Positions 1 through 10,600 of a stretch of DNA of 64,000 bases are shown piece after piece. The DNA lies in assembly GCA_038212275.1 (NCBI GenBank), contig JBBQUR010000012.1, positions 64,001 through 128,000 on the forward strand, read 5' to 3'. The DNA is from Planctomycetota bacterium (GTDB taxonomy: Bacteria > Planctomycetota > B15-G4). The position numbers and the translations under genes are program-made. Position 1 is the stretch's first letter. The number at the start of each line of letters is the position of its first letter. The notes beneath the pieces are model-generated. The model did no database searches, was not told the DNA's origin, and was given only the letters and a program-made list of their open reading frames with translations.

Positions 1-975
1 ACGGTGCTCGCGGACCTCGGGCAGCTCGAGCAGATCATCCTGAATCTCTGCGTGAATGCGCGCGACGCGATGCCGCGCGGCGGCCGGCTGCGGCTGGCCA
101 CCGCGAATTCCGATTGGGGCATGCCCGTCGCACCGAGTTCGGCAGGCCCGGCGTCGGACGCCTACGTCGTGCTCAGCGTCGAGGACAACGGCACCGGCAT
201 GGACGCCGAGACGAAGGCGCGCGTCTTCGAACCATTCTTCACGACGCGCGAGCCCGGCACCCGCTCGGGGCTGGGACTCTCCACCGTGTACGGCATCGTG
301 CGGCAGAGTCGCGGGGCGATCACTTTCGACTCCACGGTCGGCAAGGGCACGACCTTCCGCGTGCTGCTGCCGCTTGCGCTCGAAGATGCCAGCATGACGC
401 CGATGCCCTTCGACGTCGCGCCGCGCGCCGGCTACGAGACGATCCTGCTCGTCGAGGACGACGACCTCGTGCGTGCGCTCGCGCGGCGCTTCCTGGAACG
501 CTACCGCTACAAGGTGATCGAGGCGGCGGACGCGGCGGCCGCGCTCGCGCTCTCCGATGCGTCCGATGGGCCCATCGACCTGCTGCTCACCGACGTGGTC
601 ATGCCTCGCATGAGCGGGCCGGATCTCGCGCGTGAGCTGCAGCGCCGCCGCAGCGGCGTGCGCGTCGTCTTCGTGTCCGGCTACGCGGACTCCACCTTCA
701 TGCCTGCGGACATGCTCGATGCGGTCCTGCACAAACCCTTCAGCGAGCTGGATCTTGTGCGCAAGGTGCGCCGGGCCCTCGATGCGCCGTCGCCGGGAGC
801 TTCGGGGACTCCGGGTCGCGCCGCGTCCTCGGCTCGTGCCGGCCAGGCGCCTCCGGGGAGCACCTCGGCCGGCCCGTCGGGCCTCGCATCCCCGCAGGGG
901 GCCGGCCGGATGGCGGCGCCTGGCGAGAGCTCGCGCGAGTCGCGAGGCCGCTCGTCGGGCCTTCTCGGCCTCTGA
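1..975 (+). CDS. Hybrid sensor histidine kinase/response regulator, 5'-truncated (HATPase_c + REC)
   Basis: N-box QIILNLCVNARDAM, G1 DNGTGM, F-box FEPFFTT, G2 GLGLSTV; receiver ILLVEDD...LLLTDVVMP...KPF. Confidence 0.93.
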   Translation, partial: TVLADLGQLEQIILNLCVNARDAMPRGGRLRLATANSDWGMPVAPSSAGPASDAYVVLSVEDNGTGMDAETKARVFEPFFTTREPGTRSGLGLSTVYGIVRQSRGAITFDSTVGKGTTFRVLLPLALEDASMTPMPFDVAPRAGYETILLVEDDDLVRALARRFLERYRYKVIEAADAAAALALSDASDGPIDLLLTDVVMPRMSGPDLARELQRRRSGVRVVFVSGYADSTFMPADMLDAVLHKPFSELDLVRKVRRALDAPSPGASGTPGRAASSARAGQAPPGSTSAGPSGLASPQGAGRMAAPGESSRESRGRSSGLLGL

Positions 976-1010
976 CGGCGGGTGACGGCGGGTGACGGCG
1001 GGTGACGGCG
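973..1010 (+). repeat. 10-bp tandem repeat GGTGACGGCG (3 exact copies plus a partial copy containing the kinase stop codon)
   Basis: Exact copies at 981, 991 and 1001; TGACGGCG at 973. Confidence 0.95.
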
Positions 1011-1057
1011 GGGCGGCGAGCGCCGCCCTTGCCGACGATGCTAGAGTCCGCCGCCCC

Positions 1058-2200
1058 ATGGTGGACAAGGCAGCGGTGGACAAGGCAGGCAGATCGTCGG
1101 AGCGGGGCCCGAGGCGGGCCAGGGGACACGGCCGGCCGGCCTCGGCGCGGCTGCGGCAGGTGCGCTGGCAGGACCTTCCGGACCGCGCGCTCCTCGATGT
1201 GCGGCTCTGCGACCTGGCTCCGGTGCTGGCGGAACGCTGGCCCGACTCATGGGTCGCGGGCTGCGTGGAGACCGTCCTGGCGGAACTCGCCGACCGGGGC
1301 TTGAGCTTCCGCCCACACGTCTGGCTGAGCAACGAGTGGTTCTCTCCAGAGGGCGTGCCCGGCATCGCCATCCCGTTCTACCTGGCCCATCCGCGGCTGG
1401 CGCGGCTGGAGAAGCGGCACATGCTCGAGGTGGAGGGCGGCACGCGCGAGGAGTGCCTGCGCATCCTGCGCCACGAGTGCGGCCACGCCCTGCAGCATGC
1501 CTACGAGCTGCATCGGCGTCGCCGCTGGCAGGCGGTGTTCGGCCGCTCGTCGCAGGACTATCCAGCGGCCTATCGTTTCAATCCGCAGAGCCGGGACTTC
1601 GTGCAGCACCTGCGGCTCTACTACGCGCAGAGCCATCCCGACGAGGACTTCGCCGAGACCTTCGCCGTGTGGCTGGGCTCGCGCGCCGGGTGGCGACGCC
1701 GCTATGCCGGATGGCCGGCGCTGGCCAAGCTGCAGTACATGGACCGGCTCATGGCGGAACTGGCCGAACAGCGTCCGACGGTGACGCGGCGCGCGCGCGT
1801 CGATCCGCTGCACCGCCAGACGAAGACGCTCGGCGCGCACTACGCCGAGCGTCAGGCGACCGCGGGGCGGCACGCGCCCGTCGTCGGGGACGCGGAGCTG
1901 CGCACGTTGTTCCCGACACGCGCGCCGCATTCGCGCGGTGCGCGCGGACGCGGCGCGGGCGAACCGGCGGCCTCGTTCCTGCGCCGCAACCGCGCCTCGA
2001 TCCGGGCCTTCGTCGCGCGCGGCACCGGCGAATACCAGCTCACGCTGGATCGCGCGCTGGCCGACTGCATCGCGAGCTGCCGGCGATTGCAGCTGCGGGC
2101 CACGGGCCCCGAGCGCCGCCTGCGCATGGATGTCGCCGTGCTCCTCACGGTGCGGACGATCCAGTTCCACTACAGCGGTCGGAACTGGGTCGCGCTCTGA
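1058..2200 (+). CDS. Putative zinc-binding metallopeptidase (Peptidase_Mx-like)
   Basis: HECGH (HExxH) and YAQSHPDEDFAETFAVWL motifs; start at ATG 1058 chosen from the upstream TAGAGT (GTG 992 is an alternative). Confidence 0.8.
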   Translation: MVDKAAVDKAGRSSERGPRRARGHGRPASARLRQVRWQDLPDRALLDVRLCDLAPVLAERWPDSWVAGCVETVLAELADRGLSFRPHVWLSNEWFSPEGVPGIAIPFYLAHPRLARLEKRHMLEVEGGTREECLRILRHECGHALQHAYELHRRRRWQAVFGRSSQDYPAAYRFNPQSRDFVQHLRLYYAQSHPDEDFAETFAVWLGSRAGWRRRYAGWPALAKLQYMDRLMAELAEQRPTVTRRARVDPLHRQTKTLGAHYAERQATAGRHAPVVGDAELRTLFPTRAPHSRGARGRGAGEPAASFLRRNRASIRAFVARGTGEYQLTLDRALADCIASCRRLQLRATGPERRLRMDVAVLLTVRTIQFHYSGRNWVAL

Positions 2201-4034
2201 TCGCGGTCTGCAGCGCGTCGATCAGCGCCTCCGGCGTGAACGGCTTCTGCAGGAAAGCTGCCGGGCCGCCGTGCTTGAAGAGCGACAGGGCGTCCTGCGC
2301 GGAGTAGCCGCTCGTCAGGATCACCGGCATGTCCGGCAGCAGCTCGTGAAGCGCCGCCAGCGTGTCGACACCGCCCAGCGTCGGCATGGTCAGGTCCAGC
2401 AGGATGCAGTCGATCCGGTCGCCCTGGTCGCGGAGAAGCTGCAGCGCCTGTTCTCCGTCGCTGGCCGTGAGGGCGCTGCCGCCGGCGCGCTCCACGACGG
2501 TGCAGGCCACGGTGCGCACGAGTTCCTCGTCGTCCACCACCAGGACGGTGGCCGACAGCGGTGCGCCTTCGCGCGTCGTGACGCGCGGCGCAGGCGACGG
2601 AGGATCGGTCGTCGCCGCCGGATCGGCGAGGCTCAGGCTCGCCGGCGCCGGCGGCAGGAGCACGCGGATGGTGGTGCCCATGCCGGGGGAACTTTCCACG
2701 CGGATGGCTCCGTGATGGCTGCGCACGATGCCGAGCACCGCGGCCAGACCCAGGCCACGACCGGTGAACTTGGTGCTGAAGAACGGATCGAAGATGCGTG
2801 TGAGCGTGGCGGCATCCATGCCGCAACCGGTGTCCGCCACCTGCACCCAGACGTAGGTGCCCGTCGGCAGACCGTCGTCCACCCAGGCGCCCGACAGGAA
2901 GGCACGGTCGGCCTCCATCTGCCCGGTCGAGATGTCGATCGCGCCCGTGCCGTCGCCCAGCGCATCGCTGGCATTCGTGATCAGGTTCATGACGACCTGC
3001 CGGATCTGTCCGGGATCACCGACGAGCGGAGGCAGGTCCGGCACGAAGTCGTAGCGCATCGCTGCCTTCTTGGAGATCGAGACCTCGAGCAGCTCGGCCA
3101 TCTCGCGGACGAGTGCAGAGAGGTCGAAGAGCTCGCTCACGAACCGGCCCTTGCCGGAATACGCGAGCATCTGGCGCGTGAGTTCGGCCGCCCGCCGCGC
3201 GGACGTCTCGATGATGCGGACGGCGGCGTGCTCGGCAGTGCCCTCGGGCAGGTCCGACAGCACCAGTCTCGCGTGGCCCAGAATGCCGACGAGCAGGTTG
3301 TTGAAGTCGTGAGCGATCCCGCCCGCGAGCACGCCCAGGCTCTCGAGCTTCTGCCCGTGCTGGATGGCTGCCGCCAGCCTCGCCCGCTCCGTCTCCGCCT
3401 GCATGCGATCGGTGACGTCGAGCACGTAGCCTTCGTAGTGCGTGATCCGTTCCTGCGCGTCGCGCACGATGATCGTGAAGTCGTAGAGCCAGCGGACCTT
3501 GCCGTCGTGGCGCACGATGCGGTAGTCCTGTTCGAAGAAGGCGGCGCCGCTCTGCGAGAATCCGGCCACCTCGCGGCCCACGCGTTCGAGGTCCTCGGGG
3601 TGGACCACCCGTGCGTACGGCACCACGCCGGTGATGAACTCGTCCGCGGTGTAGCCGAACAGGTTGATCACGTTGGGCGAGACATACTCGACCGGCCAGC
3701 CGCCCGAAGCCGTCCAGCGGAACACGGTGACCGGCCCGCCGACGAACAGGCGGCGCTCGCGTTTCAGCGCTTCGATCGCGCCGGCCAGTTCGGCCGTGCG
3801 ATCGACGACGCGCCGCTCGAGTTCGACATGCTGGGCGTGCGCGGCGTCTTGGGCGCGTGCGCGTTCAGCGCGCGCCGCCTCCAGCTTCGCAGCAAGGCGT
3901 GCGGCGCGCCGACACGCCAGCAACCATCCGAGCAGCGCCGCGACGAGCAGCAGCACCGCGACGACAAACCAGGTCGCCGGCACGGGGCCTGAAGCGGCGA
4001 GGGCTGCGGACGGACTCACGCTCGGTCGTGGCAC
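2145..4034 (-). CDS. Membrane-anchored PAS-domain hybrid histidine kinase/response regulator
   Basis: N-terminal TM segment, PAS (YVSPNVINLFGY...VHPED), H-box AGGIAHDFNNLL, G2 GRGLGL, REC LVVDDE...LLDLTMP. Confidence 0.93.
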   Translation of the reverse strand: MPRPSVSPSAALAASGPVPATWFVVAVLLLVAALLGWLLACRRAARLAAKLEAARAERARAQDAAHAQHVELERRVVDRTAELAGAIEALKRERRLFVGGPVTVFRWTASGGWPVEYVSPNVINLFGYTADEFITGVVPYARVVHPEDLERVGREVAGFSQSGAAFFEQDYRIVRHDGKVRWLYDFTIIVRDAQERITHYEGYVLDVTDRMQAETERARLAAAIQHGQKLESLGVLAGGIAHDFNNLLVGILGHARLVLSDLPEGTAEHAAVRIIETSARRAAELTRQMLAYSGKGRFVSELFDLSALVREMAELLEVSISKKAAMRYDFVPDLPPLVGDPGQIRQVVMNLITNASDALGDGTGAIDISTGQMEADRAFLSGAWVDDGLPTGTYVWVQVADTGCGMDAATLTRIFDPFFSTKFTGRGLGLAAVLGIVRSHHGAIRVESSPGMGTTIRVLLPPAPASLSLADPAATTDPPSPAPRVTTREGAPLSATVLVVDDEELVRTVACTVVERAGGSALTASDGEQALQLLRDQGDRIDCILLDLTMPTLGGVDTLAALHELLPDMPVILTSGYSAQDALSLFKHGGPAAFLQKPFTPEALIDALQTAIRARPSSDRCSGTGSSAP

Positions 4035-4100
4035 GGTGCGCAGGCTAGCGCGGCATGGGCGCCTCGCGCAGGCGTTCCAGAGACGACAGGCTCAAGCACG

Positions 4101-4198
4101 ACGCCCGGCCTCGCGCGCCCTGCTTGTCGCACGCCCTGCCCGGTCGCACGCCCGACCTTCGCTTGCCCGGCCTTCGCGCGCCCGGCTTGTCGCGCCGC
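4101..4198. repeat. Degenerate ~15-bp tandem repeat (CGCCCGGCYTTCGCG-like, about 6 units), intergenic
   Basis: Units cgcccggcctcgcg / cgccctgcttgtcgca / cgccctgcccggtcgca / cgcccgaccttcgct / tgcccggccttcgcg / cgcccggcttgtcgcg. Confidence 0.7.
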
Positions 4199-5017
4199 TC
4201 ACGGCCGCTGGAAGCGCAGCAGGTAGTTCTCCGAAAGGCCGTCGACCTTGACGTCCTCCAGCAGCACGAATCCCGCCGCTTCCACTTCGGTGCGCACGTC
4301 GGCCTTGCTGACCCGCATGTGATTCAGGACCCACGGCCGGCTCGTGCCCGGGATGCGCTCGAAATCCACGATCACGAGGGTGCCGCCCGGCCGCAGCGCG
4401 CGCCGGAGGCTGGCCAGCGTGTCCTGCGGGTGCTCGAAGTGATGGTAGGTGTCGCACACGAAGGCAAGGTCGAGCGACGTGTCGGGCAGTTCGAGGGAGT
4501 GGTCGGTGCAGGCACGCACGTCGATCTGCGGCAGCTCGAGTGCGACGGCGCGCTCGCGCAGGTGCTCCAGGAACGGGGCCGAGATCTCCAGCACGAAGAG
4601 CTTGCCGTGCGGGCCGACGGCCTGCGCGAGAGGCTCCATGAAGAGCCCCGTGCCCGCGCCCACATCCGCGACGCCCATGCCGCGTTTCACGCCCAGCGCC
4701 GCCACGATGTGGTCGCGGTACTTCGCGATCTCGCGCGACTCGCCCTCGAAGGCCTTCACGAACTCGTCCACGTTCATCGCAGGGTCGAGGAAGGGCTGGT
4801 TGATTCCCGGCTTGCCGCCGGTGTCGGTCGCGGAGGTCGCGGCGGCTCCGGCGGACGCGGTCGCCCCTGTCGCCCCGGCGGACGCGGCGGACGGCGCGCT
4901 GCACGCGGACAACCAGAGCGCCAGGCCGCACAGCAGCCACGCGCCGGGTCGCGGCGGCGCGGACGCCGCGGAGCGTGCGGGCGACACGGAACGGGAAGCT
5001 GTTCTCGACATGCGCAT
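4199..5017 (-). CDS. Class I SAM-dependent methyltransferase with lipoprotein signal
   Basis: VADVGAGTG motif I, CDTYHHFE, LRPGG; lipobox LSAC. Confidence 0.9.
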   Translation of the reverse strand: MRMSRTASRSVSPARSAASAPPRPGAWLLCGLALWLSACSAPSAASAGATGATASAGAAATSATDTGGKPGINQPFLDPAMNVDEFVKAFEGESREIAKYRDHIVAALGVKRGMGVADVGAGTGLFMEPLAQAVGPHGKLFVLEISAPFLEHLRERAVALELPQIDVRACTDHSLELPDTSLDLAFVCDTYHHFEHPQDTLASLRRALRPGGTLVIVDFERIPGTSRPWVLNHMRVSKADVRTEVEAAGFVLLEDVKVDGLSENYLLRFQRP

Positions 5018-5091
5018 GGTGGTGGGCTCCGGTCGGGTGGTTTGCGAAGGACGAGGCGGGGAGGCCTTCCGGGCTGCGGAACGCGGCGGGA

Positions 5092-7527
5092 TCAGAGACA
5101 GGGTTGCGGTCGGCCGTCCGCACCCGGCGTGCAGGGCACCCAGGCGAGTCCGGCGAAGTGCACGCTGATGTCGGCGGCTTTCGGTTTGATGGTCACGTCG
5201 GCCAGCACGTCCGTCACGGCATCGTAGCGGCTCTCCTGGCGCGCGACCTCGGCCGCGAACTCGGCTTCGAGCGCCGCCGTGGCGTCCTGCACGGCGCGCT
5301 CGGTTTCCTGCGCGCGGGCCACGTCGGCGTTTTCCTTTCCGATGCGGCCCGCGCTCTTGATGGCCGTGCCCATGCGCGACGCCGATCCCGCCGAGACGAA
5401 CTTGCGCCCGAACATGGAGCCGAGCAGCGCAGCACCGAAGGACACGGCGGTGTCCAGCTTGCGCTGTCCGGCCTGCGAGGACTCGCGCTGCACGGCTTGC
5501 TGCGCGCGCAGGCGGCGCGCCTCCAGCGTGGCGAACTTCTGGCCGTATCGGGCGTGCAGCCTGGCGACGGCCGCGTCACGCAGCTCGCGAGCGGCGGCGG
5601 CGAGGCGGATGCGGAAGTCGCGCTCGGACTCGCCCGGCGTCGAGGTGAGTTTCAGCGCGTCGCTGCGCAGCAGTTGCAGCGGGCGCTCGGTGCGCAGGTG
5701 TTTCTGAAGTGCCGACTGCCACGCTTCCTGCTGCCGGGGGCGGCTCACGGCGGCGGGGCAGGGCAGGAAGCGGCCGTCGGGCGGGGCGTTGCGCGACACG
5801 CTGGCGAGGTCGAGCGACAACTCGCGCGCCGCGGACCATTCCACCGGCACGGGTCCGTCGGAAATGGGCGCCAGCAGCAGCAGTCGCCGGCTCTGCTCCA
5901 CACGCATCGGGCCGCTGCTGTAGAGCACGTCCGCGGCGCCGAACGCGAACGGCGCGCACACGACCGGCCCCGCGACGCCGACGGGCATCGGCAGGAAGCA
6001 CTGGGGCATCCCCGGCGACAGCAGCGGCGGCGACGCGGCCGGCGCCGGGCCCGCTGCGCGCGCCTCGGCCGCGCCTGCACCGGCCGTCGGTGCGGGCTGT
6101 TCGGCGGGGCGGGCGGCCGGCTGCGTCTCGTGCGAGAGGCGGCGCAACTGCTCGCGCGTCAGCGGGCCGGCCAGATAACTCAGCGTCCAGCGCGTCTGAA
6201 ATACGACGGGCGCCTTCTCGTGGACGTTGTGCATGAGGAAGACGCGCTGCCCGAGTCCCGCGAGCACCTGCTCCATGCGCTGCCGGTCGAAGCTGCCGCC
6301 GGCGGCCGCGCCCTCCAGGCCCTCCAGCACGCGCTGCTTGTCGCGCTCCGTCTGCAGGCGCCCGATGAACCACGTGCCGGCATTCGACAGCGCCTTGTAG
6401 TCGAGGTCCACCGGATTCTGCGTGGCCAGCACGAGCCCCAGGCCATAGGCGCGCGCCTGCTTGAGCAGCGTGAGCAGAGGCTGCTTGCTCGGCGGGTTGG
6501 CGACGGGCGGCAGGTAGCCGAAGAGCTCGTCCATGTAGAGCAGCGCGCGCAGGCTGGACGTTCCGGGCTGCGTGCGCACCCAGCAGAGGAGCTCGGACAA
6601 CAGCAGCGTCACGAAGAACATGCGTTCGCTGTCGGAGAGATGCGCGATGGAGAGGATGGAGACCTTCGGCTTGCCGCTGTCGGCGTGCAGCAGGCGGCCG
6701 ATGTCCAGCGGTTCGCCGGCACCCCACGCCGCGAACCCCGGCGCAGCGAGCAGGTTGTTGAGGCGCATCGCGAAGGCGAAGCGCTCCTTCGCCGGGAAAA
6801 AGCTCTCGAGGTCCAGCACGCCGACGCGCGCAATGGGCGGCTGCTGCAGCAGCCCGATGAGGTCAGCGAGTGCCACGTCGCGGCCTGCGGTCCATTGCTG
6901 CTCGAGAATGAGCGAGAGCAGGATGTGCTCGCGGCTGGAGAGCGGGTCGCCGTCGATGCCGAGCAGCGCGAGCAGGCCGGTGGCGGTGGACTGCACGCGG
7001 TCGCGCAGCAGGTCGCCGTCGGCGAGCAGGGCGGGCGGGGGCGCGCGGAAGCCGGAGAGCAGCGCGATGGGCGTGCCGGCCGTGCTCCCCGGCGTGTAGA
7101 CCGTGATGTCCACGGCGTCGCGCAGGCGCGCGATGCGCGCACCGTCCTGGCCCCAGCTCGCCAGGCCGTCGCGCCAGCGCGCGGCGGTGGCTGCGGCGAA
7201 GACCTCCGGCGTCTGCCCGGCGGTGGCTGCCTCCTGCGCGTTGACCCACGGCAGGAAGTCCTCGCTGCGCAGGGCGGGAAAGGTCAGCGCGAGGTTGCCG
7301 AGGTCGCCCTTGGGGTCGATCGCCAGCACCGGCACGCGGTCGATGGCGGCTTCCTCGATGAGATCCAGGCCGAGGCCCGTCTTGCCGCTGCCCGTCATGC
7401 CGATGATCACGGCGTGTGTGGTCAGGTCGCGGCTGTCGTACAGCAGCAGCTCGTCGCGCGCCTTGCCGGCGGCGAGGTCGTGGAGGCGGCCCAGGTAGAA
7501 GGCGCCGAGAATCTCGAAGTCCTGCAT
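5092..7527 (-). CDS. HerA/FtsK-like (DUF87-type) ATPase with C-terminal coiled coil
   Basis: Walker A GMTGSGKT, IDPKGD, Walker B LYMDE, KQARAYG, ATQNP; start MQDFEILGAFYLG. Confidence 0.85.
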   Translation of the reverse strand: MQDFEILGAFYLGRLHDLAAGKARDELLLYDSRDLTTHAVIIGMTGSGKTGLGLDLIEEAAIDRVPVLAIDPKGDLGNLALTFPALRSEDFLPWVNAQEAATAGQTPEVFAAATAARWRDGLASWGQDGARIARLRDAVDITVYTPGSTAGTPIALLSGFRAPPPALLADGDLLRDRVQSTATGLLALLGIDGDPLSSREHILLSLILEQQWTAGRDVALADLIGLLQQPPIARVGVLDLESFFPAKERFAFAMRLNNLLAAPGFAAWGAGEPLDIGRLLHADSGKPKVSILSIAHLSDSERMFFVTLLLSELLCWVRTQPGTSSLRALLYMDELFGYLPPVANPPSKQPLLTLLKQARAYGLGLVLATQNPVDLDYKALSNAGTWFIGRLQTERDKQRVLEGLEGAAAGGSFDRQRMEQVLAGLGQRVFLMHNVHEKAPVVFQTRWTLSYLAGPLTREQLRRLSHETQPAARPAEQPAPTAGAGAAEARAAGPAPAASPPLLSPGMPQCFLPMPVGVAGPVVCAPFAFGAADVLYSSGPMRVEQSRRLLLLAPISDGPVPVEWSAARELSLDLASVSRNAPPDGRFLPCPAAVSRPRQQEAWQSALQKHLRTERPLQLLRSDALKLTSTPGESERDFRIRLAAAARELRDAAVARLHARYGQKFATLEARRLRAQQAVQRESSQAGQRKLDTAVSFGAALLGSMFGRKFVSAGSASRMGTAIKSAGRIGKENADVARAQETERAVQDATAALEAEFAAEVARQESRYDAVTDVLADVTIKPKAADISVHFAGLAWVPCTPGADGRPQPCL

Positions 7528-7673
7528 GAAGCGTCCTGCCTGCTGATCCGGGGCGGGGATTGTACGCAGGAGCAGGTTGTCGCCGATGCGCCACCGATGC
7601 GAGGGCGATGCGCCGGTGTTCCGCCGCAGCGCGTCAGCGCTACAATCGCCGGCCCAAGGAAGTCGCGATCTCC

Positions 7674-10600
7674 GTGATCGAAGAAGGATCGGAGTTTCCA
7701 GAACTTGATTCCTCCGAAGCACGCCTGGCCCGAGAGGGTGAACGCCTGCTTGCGGCTGTGGTCGGCTCGTTGACGCCGTTGCTCCCCGAGGTGCTCTCCG
7801 GGCGCTACGTGCTGGCGGACACCCTGGGTCGCGGCAGCCACGGCCAGGTGCTGCGAGCGCAGGATCGCCTCACGGGCGAGGCCGTCGCGATCAAGCTGCT
7901 CGACCGCTTCGCGACGCGGCACCTGCTGCGCCTGCGCGCGGAGATCGCCGCACTGCGCATGCTGATGCTCCCGGGCGTCGCGCGGCTGTTCGACGAGGGC
8001 GAGGACGCGGGATTTCCGTACCTCGTTTTCGAGATCGTCCCCGGCACTCCGTTCCCCGGCGGACGTCGGACGTGGGAGGATCTGCGCTCGACGCTGGTCG
8101 CCTTGCTGGAGACGCTGGCGCGCGTGCATGCCGTCGGCATCGTGCACCGTGACCTGAAGCCCGCCAACGTGCTGGTCGATGAGGCGGGCCGCCCGACGGT
8201 GCTCGACTTCGGTCTCGCAATCCAGCAGGCGGCGGAGTCGCCCGGAGCGGAGTCGGGCATGCTCGTCGGCACGCCGGCCTACGCCGCGCCCGAGCAGCTG
8301 CAGGGCGAGCCGGTGGACGCACGCTCGGATCTCTATGCGGTGGGCTGCATGGTGTTCGAGGCGCTTGCCGGTCATCGGCCGCACCCCGGGGGAAACGTGG
8401 ACGAGTTGCTCACGGCGCGCCTGCAGCAGCCGGCGCCGCGGCTGAACAGCGTGGCGCCCGACGTGCCCGCGCACGTCGCCGAGCTGGTGGACCGGCTGCT
8501 GGAGCGAGATCCGGGCAAGCGCCCGCGCTCCGCCGTGGACGTGCTGTCCGCGCTTCGAGGCGGCTCGCCCACGGCGACAGCCGGCTCGCCGCTGCCGCTT
8601 CTCGGTCGAGAGCACGTGCTCGGAGCCATCGCCACTGCGGCGGCGAGCGGCCGCTGCGTGGAGATCGTCGGTGCGCCTGGCTCGGGGCGCACGCGCTGCC
8701 TGCGCGAGGCCACGGCGCGGCTGCAGGCCGCCGGGCGCCGCGTCTTCTCTGCCGCGCGAGCCACGTCGGCCTTTCAGAGTCTTGTCGTGCTCGCGGACGC
8801 GCTTCCCGACGACGAGCCTGCGGACTACGCCACCGCGCAGCGCTGGTTCACCGAAGCGCTCGAGCGCCGGCTGGCGACAGGCGAGGTGCTGTGCATCGAC
8901 GATGTCGAGGATCTGGATCGCTGGTCGGCGGCCGTCGTGTGCGGTGCGTGCGCGGCAGGCACGGTGCTCATGACCTGCACGACGGCGGCAGCGCTGGCGA
9001 GCCGCTCCGAGCTCGCCGGTCCGCGTGCGGCGAGCGCGACGCCGCCCGTGTCCGTCACGCTGGAGCCGCTCACGCAGCACGACCTGCGTGCGCTGTGCGG
9101 GGGGCCGGATCGACTGCTGCACCTGCGGGAGGATGCCGCCGCCGAGCTCTGGATGCGGACGCTCGGGCATCCGTCGCGCCTGGAAGCGGAAGTGTCGGCA
9201 TGGATCCGCGCCGGTCTCGCGCAGCGGGTCGGCGACGAACTGATCGTGCAGCGTCAGGGCCTCGAGCGCCTGAAGGCCGGCGTGGACGTCCTGCCACCGA
9301 CCAGCAGCCTGAGCACCCGCATCGAGGAGGATCTCGACGAGGTGCTGGCGTGGATCTCGCTGGCGTGGCCGAACACCCAGCGCGAGCTGCTGGCGCGCAT
9401 CGCCGAGCGGCCCCGCTGGCAGCTGGAGGCCGAGCTGGCCGCGCTCGTCGCCTCCGGGGCCGTGGGAGAACTGCCCGATGGTCGCGTCCGCGCATTGCGG
9501 GTCGCGCGCAGGCTGGAATTGCAGACGCTGGACGGAGCCTCGCGCCGCGAAGCACATGCACGCATCGCGGCCGCACTGCCTGCGGCGAGCACGGGGCGTC
9601 TCTACCACCTGCTTGCGGCCGGACGCGCAGCAGAGCTGATTCCGGAAGCGTGCGCGGCGGCCCGCGCCATGTCCGACGCCGGACGTCTCGGCGCCGCGGA
9701 GGCCGTGCTGCGCGATGCCAGCCAGGCCACGCGCGGCCAGGGCACGGCCGCCGACAGGCACGAACTCTTCCGGCTCTGGATCGACGTGGCCTTCGCCGAT
9801 CCGTCGCCGCTGGCACGCGACCGGCTGCTGCACGAGCTCGTGCGTGTCCAGCCACGGGACGCCGTGCTCGTGCGCATGGAACGGCTCGTCGAAGCGGCCG
9901 CGGCCACGTACCAGGCGGACGGGGACAAGGCGCTGCGCATGCTCGATGCGCTGACGCCTTTCGTGGAAACGGGTCTCGAGCTCTGGCGGCAGGCGTTGCG
10001 CGTGCGTGCCGCACGAAGAGCTTCACCGTCGCTCGAGGAGTCGGTGCTCGCGGAGGCGCGTTGCTGGGCAGCCGGGCAGCAGGGCGCCGAGGTCGAGGCC
10101 AGTTGCGCGGAGTGGGAGGGACTCTCCTGCTACGGCCGCTCCCGATTCGTGGAGGCCGCGCACTGGCATGCGCGCGCGGCCCTCCACTACACGCGCCTGC
10201 CGAGTCGGCTCTCCGCCCGACTCAATGAGGCCTCGTCCCGCCTCGAGGCCCTGCAGCTGGACGAGGTCATGCAGCTGGCCGGCAGTGTGTGCGCTGAGGC
10301 CCGCGAGTGTCGGCATGCCCTGTTCGAGGGCCGCGCCGAGTGGTTGCTGCGCGCCGCTCGCTACCGGTCCCGTGAGGCGCTCGTGCCCGACCTCGAACTC
10401 GTCGACGTGATGCAGCGGGCGGGACTGCCCGAGCAGGCGGCGCTGGTGTGCCTGAACGAGGCCGCGGTGGCGTGGCGAGCGCGACAGCCGGCGCTCGCCG
10501 CCGAACTCGCACAGCGCGCGGAAAAGTACTGGCATGGCAGCGGATTCACTGCCGGACGGCTCCTGGCCCGGTCGCTGGCCCTGCTGTGCGGCAAGCAGGA

